From NCBI GenBank assembly GCA_018816805.1, contig JAHIVE010000015.1, forward strand, positions 31,104 through 95,103: 64,000 bases of DNA. Direction: 5' to 3'. A program made the translations under genes and the position numbers. The stretch comes from Patescibacteria group bacterium. Its GTDB lineage: Bacteria > Patescibacteriota > Gracilibacteria > UBA1369 > 2-02-FULL-48-14. The notes under the pieces are model-generated. The model was not told where the DNA came from and did no database searches. It was given only the letters and a program-made list of their open reading frames with translations. Of this stretch, positions 63,232 to 64,000 are shown piece by piece (within the stretch, counting starts at the first letter, position 1; each line of letters begins with the position of its first letter).

Positions 63232-63249
63232 GGTGAGTGTGTGCTCACC
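63232..63249. promoter_or_regulatory. Third copy of the candidate LexA operator
   Basis: ggtgag-tgtgtg-ctcacc between the divergent HNH and alaS genes. Confidence 0.75.
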
Positions 63250-63308
63250 TTTTCCCTTTGCAAGAAGCTACTCGACGCCTCACCCGCCCCTGTGATAAAC
63301 TCCGAGTC

Positions 63309-64000
63309 ATGAAAGCAAAAGACTTACGACAACGTTATATTGACTTCTTTGTTAAGAAGCATGGGCATAAGGAGATTCTTGGCGCCAGTTTGATTCCGGA
63401 GAATGATCCAACCGTGCTGTTTACCACCGCGGGGATGCATCCACTGGTGCCTTATTTGATGGGTGAAACGCATCCGGAGGGCAAGAGGCTGGTTGACGTG
63501 CAAAAATGTCTGAGGACGGATGATATTGATGAGGTTGGAGACAATACTCACTGTACTTTTTTTGAGATGCTCGGGAATTGGTCGCTTGGGGATTATTTTA
63601 AGAGAGAGGCAATTGAGATGAGCTATGAGTTTTTGACTACGCCGGTTGAGGACGGCGGACTTGGACTTGATCCGGCGCGGCTTGCCGTGACGTGTTTTGA
63701 AGGTGATGAAGATGCTGCGCGAGATGAGGAGTCTGCGGCGGTTTGGCGAGAGCTTGGATTCCCGGACAAGCGAATTTTCTTCTACGGGAAAAAAGAGAAC
63801 TGGTGGGGGCCGGCCGGGCAGACCGGGCCGTGTGGACCATGTACTGAAATGTTTTATTTTAATTCGGATGATTTGGGAGCAATGTATGACACTGAGCCAG
63901 CGGATAACGACACGCCGTGGGTGGAAATTTGGAATGATGTTTTTATGGAGTTCAATAAGAGGGAGGATGGAAGTTTTGAACCTTTGCACCAAAAAAATGT
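63309..64000 (+). CDS. alaS: Alanine--tRNA ligase (3'-partial), absent from the ORF track
   Basis: Hand translation [14 protein letters not shown]...[13 protein letters not shown]...[31 protein letters not shown]...GPCGPCTE. Confidence 0.97.
   Translation, partial: MKAKDLRQRYIDFFVKKHGHKEILGASLIPENDPTVLFTTAGMHPLVPYLMGETHPEGKRLVDVQKCLRTDDIDEVGDNTHCTFFEMLGNWSLGDYFKREAIEMSYEFLTTPVEDGGLGLDPARLAVTCFEGDEDAARDEESAAVWRELGFPDKRIFFYGKKENWWGPAGQTGPCGPCTEMFYFNSDDLGAMYDTEPADNDTPWVEIWNDVFMEFNKREDGSFEPLHQKN

Noticed and set aside
63324..63992. 222-aa minus-strand ORF in the track
   Set aside because: It is the antisense shadow of alaS, which the track missed because its stop lies outside the window.

Overview
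A 64-kb bacterial chromosomal segment read with the standard code (TGA acts as stop). The gene mix suggests a Patescibacteria/CPR organism, possibly Peregrinibacteria-like; this is inference only, from a DUF4012-type protein, PrsW, many orphan secreted and membrane proteins, few Shine-Dalgarno motifs and archaeal-type purP and glmU-like genes. Housekeeping genes are uvrA, recF, thrS, rpsF-ssb-rpsR, mutS, tRNA-Arg(CCT), cysteine synthase, lexA, eno, sdaAB/sdaAA, purN, two purP-like genes, uppP, purH, yidD, mutL and a partial alaS that the ORF track missed. The most interesting signals are intergenic. (1) Two tandem, diverged copies of an unrecognised, highly structured non-coding RNA lie at 43.2-44.1 kb, each with its own sigma70-type promoter and 3' hairpin, with compensatory base changes between copies; one copy has an extra multi-hairpin domain. 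(2) There are two ribosome-dependent attenuators: a Cys-rich leader peptide before a ParB-fold/cysteine synthase operon and a Thr-rich leader peptide before thrS. (3) A candidate lineage-specific LexA box, GGTGAG-(YR)3-CTCACC, occurs twice in the lexA promoter and once before an HNH nuclease gene. Other items are a giant MoxR/NirQ-type AAA+ ATPase paired with a transglutaminase-VWA fusion, a nested perfect palindrome beside an excisionase-like gene, and a structured 5' UTR on a 1188-aa orphan gene. No CRISPR array, rRNA or transposase was seen. All structures and motifs were read by eye; no searches were run.
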